Notes under the pieces: generated by a model
Seen by the model: only the letters and a program-made list of their open reading frames with translations
Databases searched by the model: none
Told to the model about the DNA's origin: nothing
In this document: one piece after another, positions 62,621 to 64,000 of the stretch
How positions within the stretch are numbered: position 1 is the stretch's first letter
How the letters are laid out: every line of letters begins with the position of its first letter
Source of the DNA: Vicugna vicugna
Taxonomy: Eukaryota
Reading direction: 5' to 3'
Length of the DNA: 64,000 bases
Assembly: GCA_013265495.1 (NCBI GenBank)
Contig: MU057724.1
Span: 1,007,102 to 1,071,101, forward strand
Program-made: the position numbers and the translations under genes

Positions 62621-64000
62621 GTACCTAATTCCTTCACTATTATTTGGAAGAGAGAAGGTACTCTACAATCTCTTGAATTGGTTTGTTAAAAGTCATAAAA
62701 GGGAAAGGATGGACAGTGAGAAGGAAAGATAAACTTTTCAGCAATCACTCTTTTGATTGTGATAAAAAGATAATTACATTCTTTGGTGCTGGAAGTCATA
62801 GCTCAAGGAAAAAGAGAGTGGCAAGGATGAAAAATTTTCTTCTGACTGTTAAAATGGCATAAAAATCTTAGCAGTCAGGCACAAGTTCCCCTAAGGATTT
62901 GAACTTTGGGAGAAATTAGAGTGTTTTTCCTTCTCAGTCCAAATAACTGCAGCAACTGAACCATCAAACTTGTTGCCAGAGTGCTTACAAAGCGTTGGAA
63001 GGAAGGGTCAAAACAGGCAAGAGAAGTAATAAAATTCACACCCCTGTGTTCACTTCATTAGAAGAAGGAAGAAATGAAGCAGCGTGGCTGCCGCTTTTTT
63101 TAGACTTGCCACCCTATCTGCCTAGGAGACAAACTAGGCTGTCTGAGCTCCAAGAAGTTCTGTTTCACTGGTTGAGAGGTTGAGATGCAAGACTAGTAAC
63201 GCAGCATTTTTGAAGCAAAGGGAAGTCTTCTGTTTGAAACTGCTGTAACCAGAAGGGCACTCAGGTGAAGTTTCAGTAGAGGAACCTCAGCTCTCACTTG
63301 TTGTGAGCCTCTGCCCACTGCCTGGATGTTTATGGCACCCTGGATAGTCTCATGTTTTAGAAGTTAGTGTCATCTTCTGACAGCAATCTTTGTAAGTCTT
63401 AGATGACCAAGATGTCGAGTGAGATGTGTCATCCATCAGCACGCTAGCCTTCATCCCCCGATTTCCCGCGATGGAGGGGGCTTCCCAGTGTAAAACCACC
63501 TGCAGTCCAGGACCGCCTTCTGGCAGGTGATGTCCCCACAGAGTTTCTACTACAAGTAGCTCTTTTTTCCCCCTACTTTGCCGATTTGGGTTTTCCTCTT
63601 GGCTGGTTTCTTCCTTAGGACTCAGTGCACCAGAAGTCTCCCGGGAAACCTTTTTGACTCTTTGAAGGAGCGCTGGGCTTTCCGTGACGTTTCCTCTTGA
63701 AAATACAGCTCCTGGAACAGAGCTGGTGTTATTTGTTGAGTAAATGAGCCAAATGGCTCTGGCCTGTCCTCTTGCTGCCCAGGAACAGTTTTCCACTAAC
63801 ACCCCCACCTCTATGGCCTCCCTCTATTCTGTTCTCAAACTTCCCTTGTCATCTCCTCTTTGAGATGAAGCCCTTTACTTGTCCACTTTCCTGGTCTGTG
63901 ACCATTCTTTTCCTATTTTCCGTATGTGTAAGTTTGGACTCACATAATCTTGTTTCCCTAAGTCCATTTTCCTAGAGGTGGCACATGAAAAAAAAAATGA

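Noticed and set aside
63350..63808. 152-aa minus-strand ORF
   Set aside because: It has no ATG start, no recognisable domain or exon structure, and is antisense to the inferred gene.

Overview
This is mammalian genomic DNA, probably camelid. The youngest L1 3' ends resemble the alpaca/camel type as I recall it, and I saw no Alu, B1, Bov-A/BovB, CHR, PRE-1 or SINEC elements. I can support no intact protein-coding gene; the ORF-track entries arise from GC-rich sequence or repeats. The best reading is the 5' non-coding part of the imprinted PLAGL1 (ZAC1)/HYMAI locus on the + strand. A ~2.7 kb CpG island (33.8-36.45 kb) carries a first-exon splice donor at 34953/34954 and is the candidate maternally methylated DMR/promoter. 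Two spliced non-coding exons (47747-47869, 48234-~48452) closely resemble my recollection of the human PLAGL1 5'UTR. That gene assignment comes from memory and needs a BLASTN check. The coding exons would lie beyond the right edge. The window also holds an LSM3 processed pseudogene (17.6-18.2 kb), four tandem arrays inside the island, many old L1/L2/MIR/LTR/DNA-transposon fragments, an L1 segment inverted between 15-bp inverted repeats, and an apparent regional AT-to-GC substitution bias. Repeat boundaries and subfamily names are by-eye estimates. I found no new multi-gene system; the most interesting points are regulatory.
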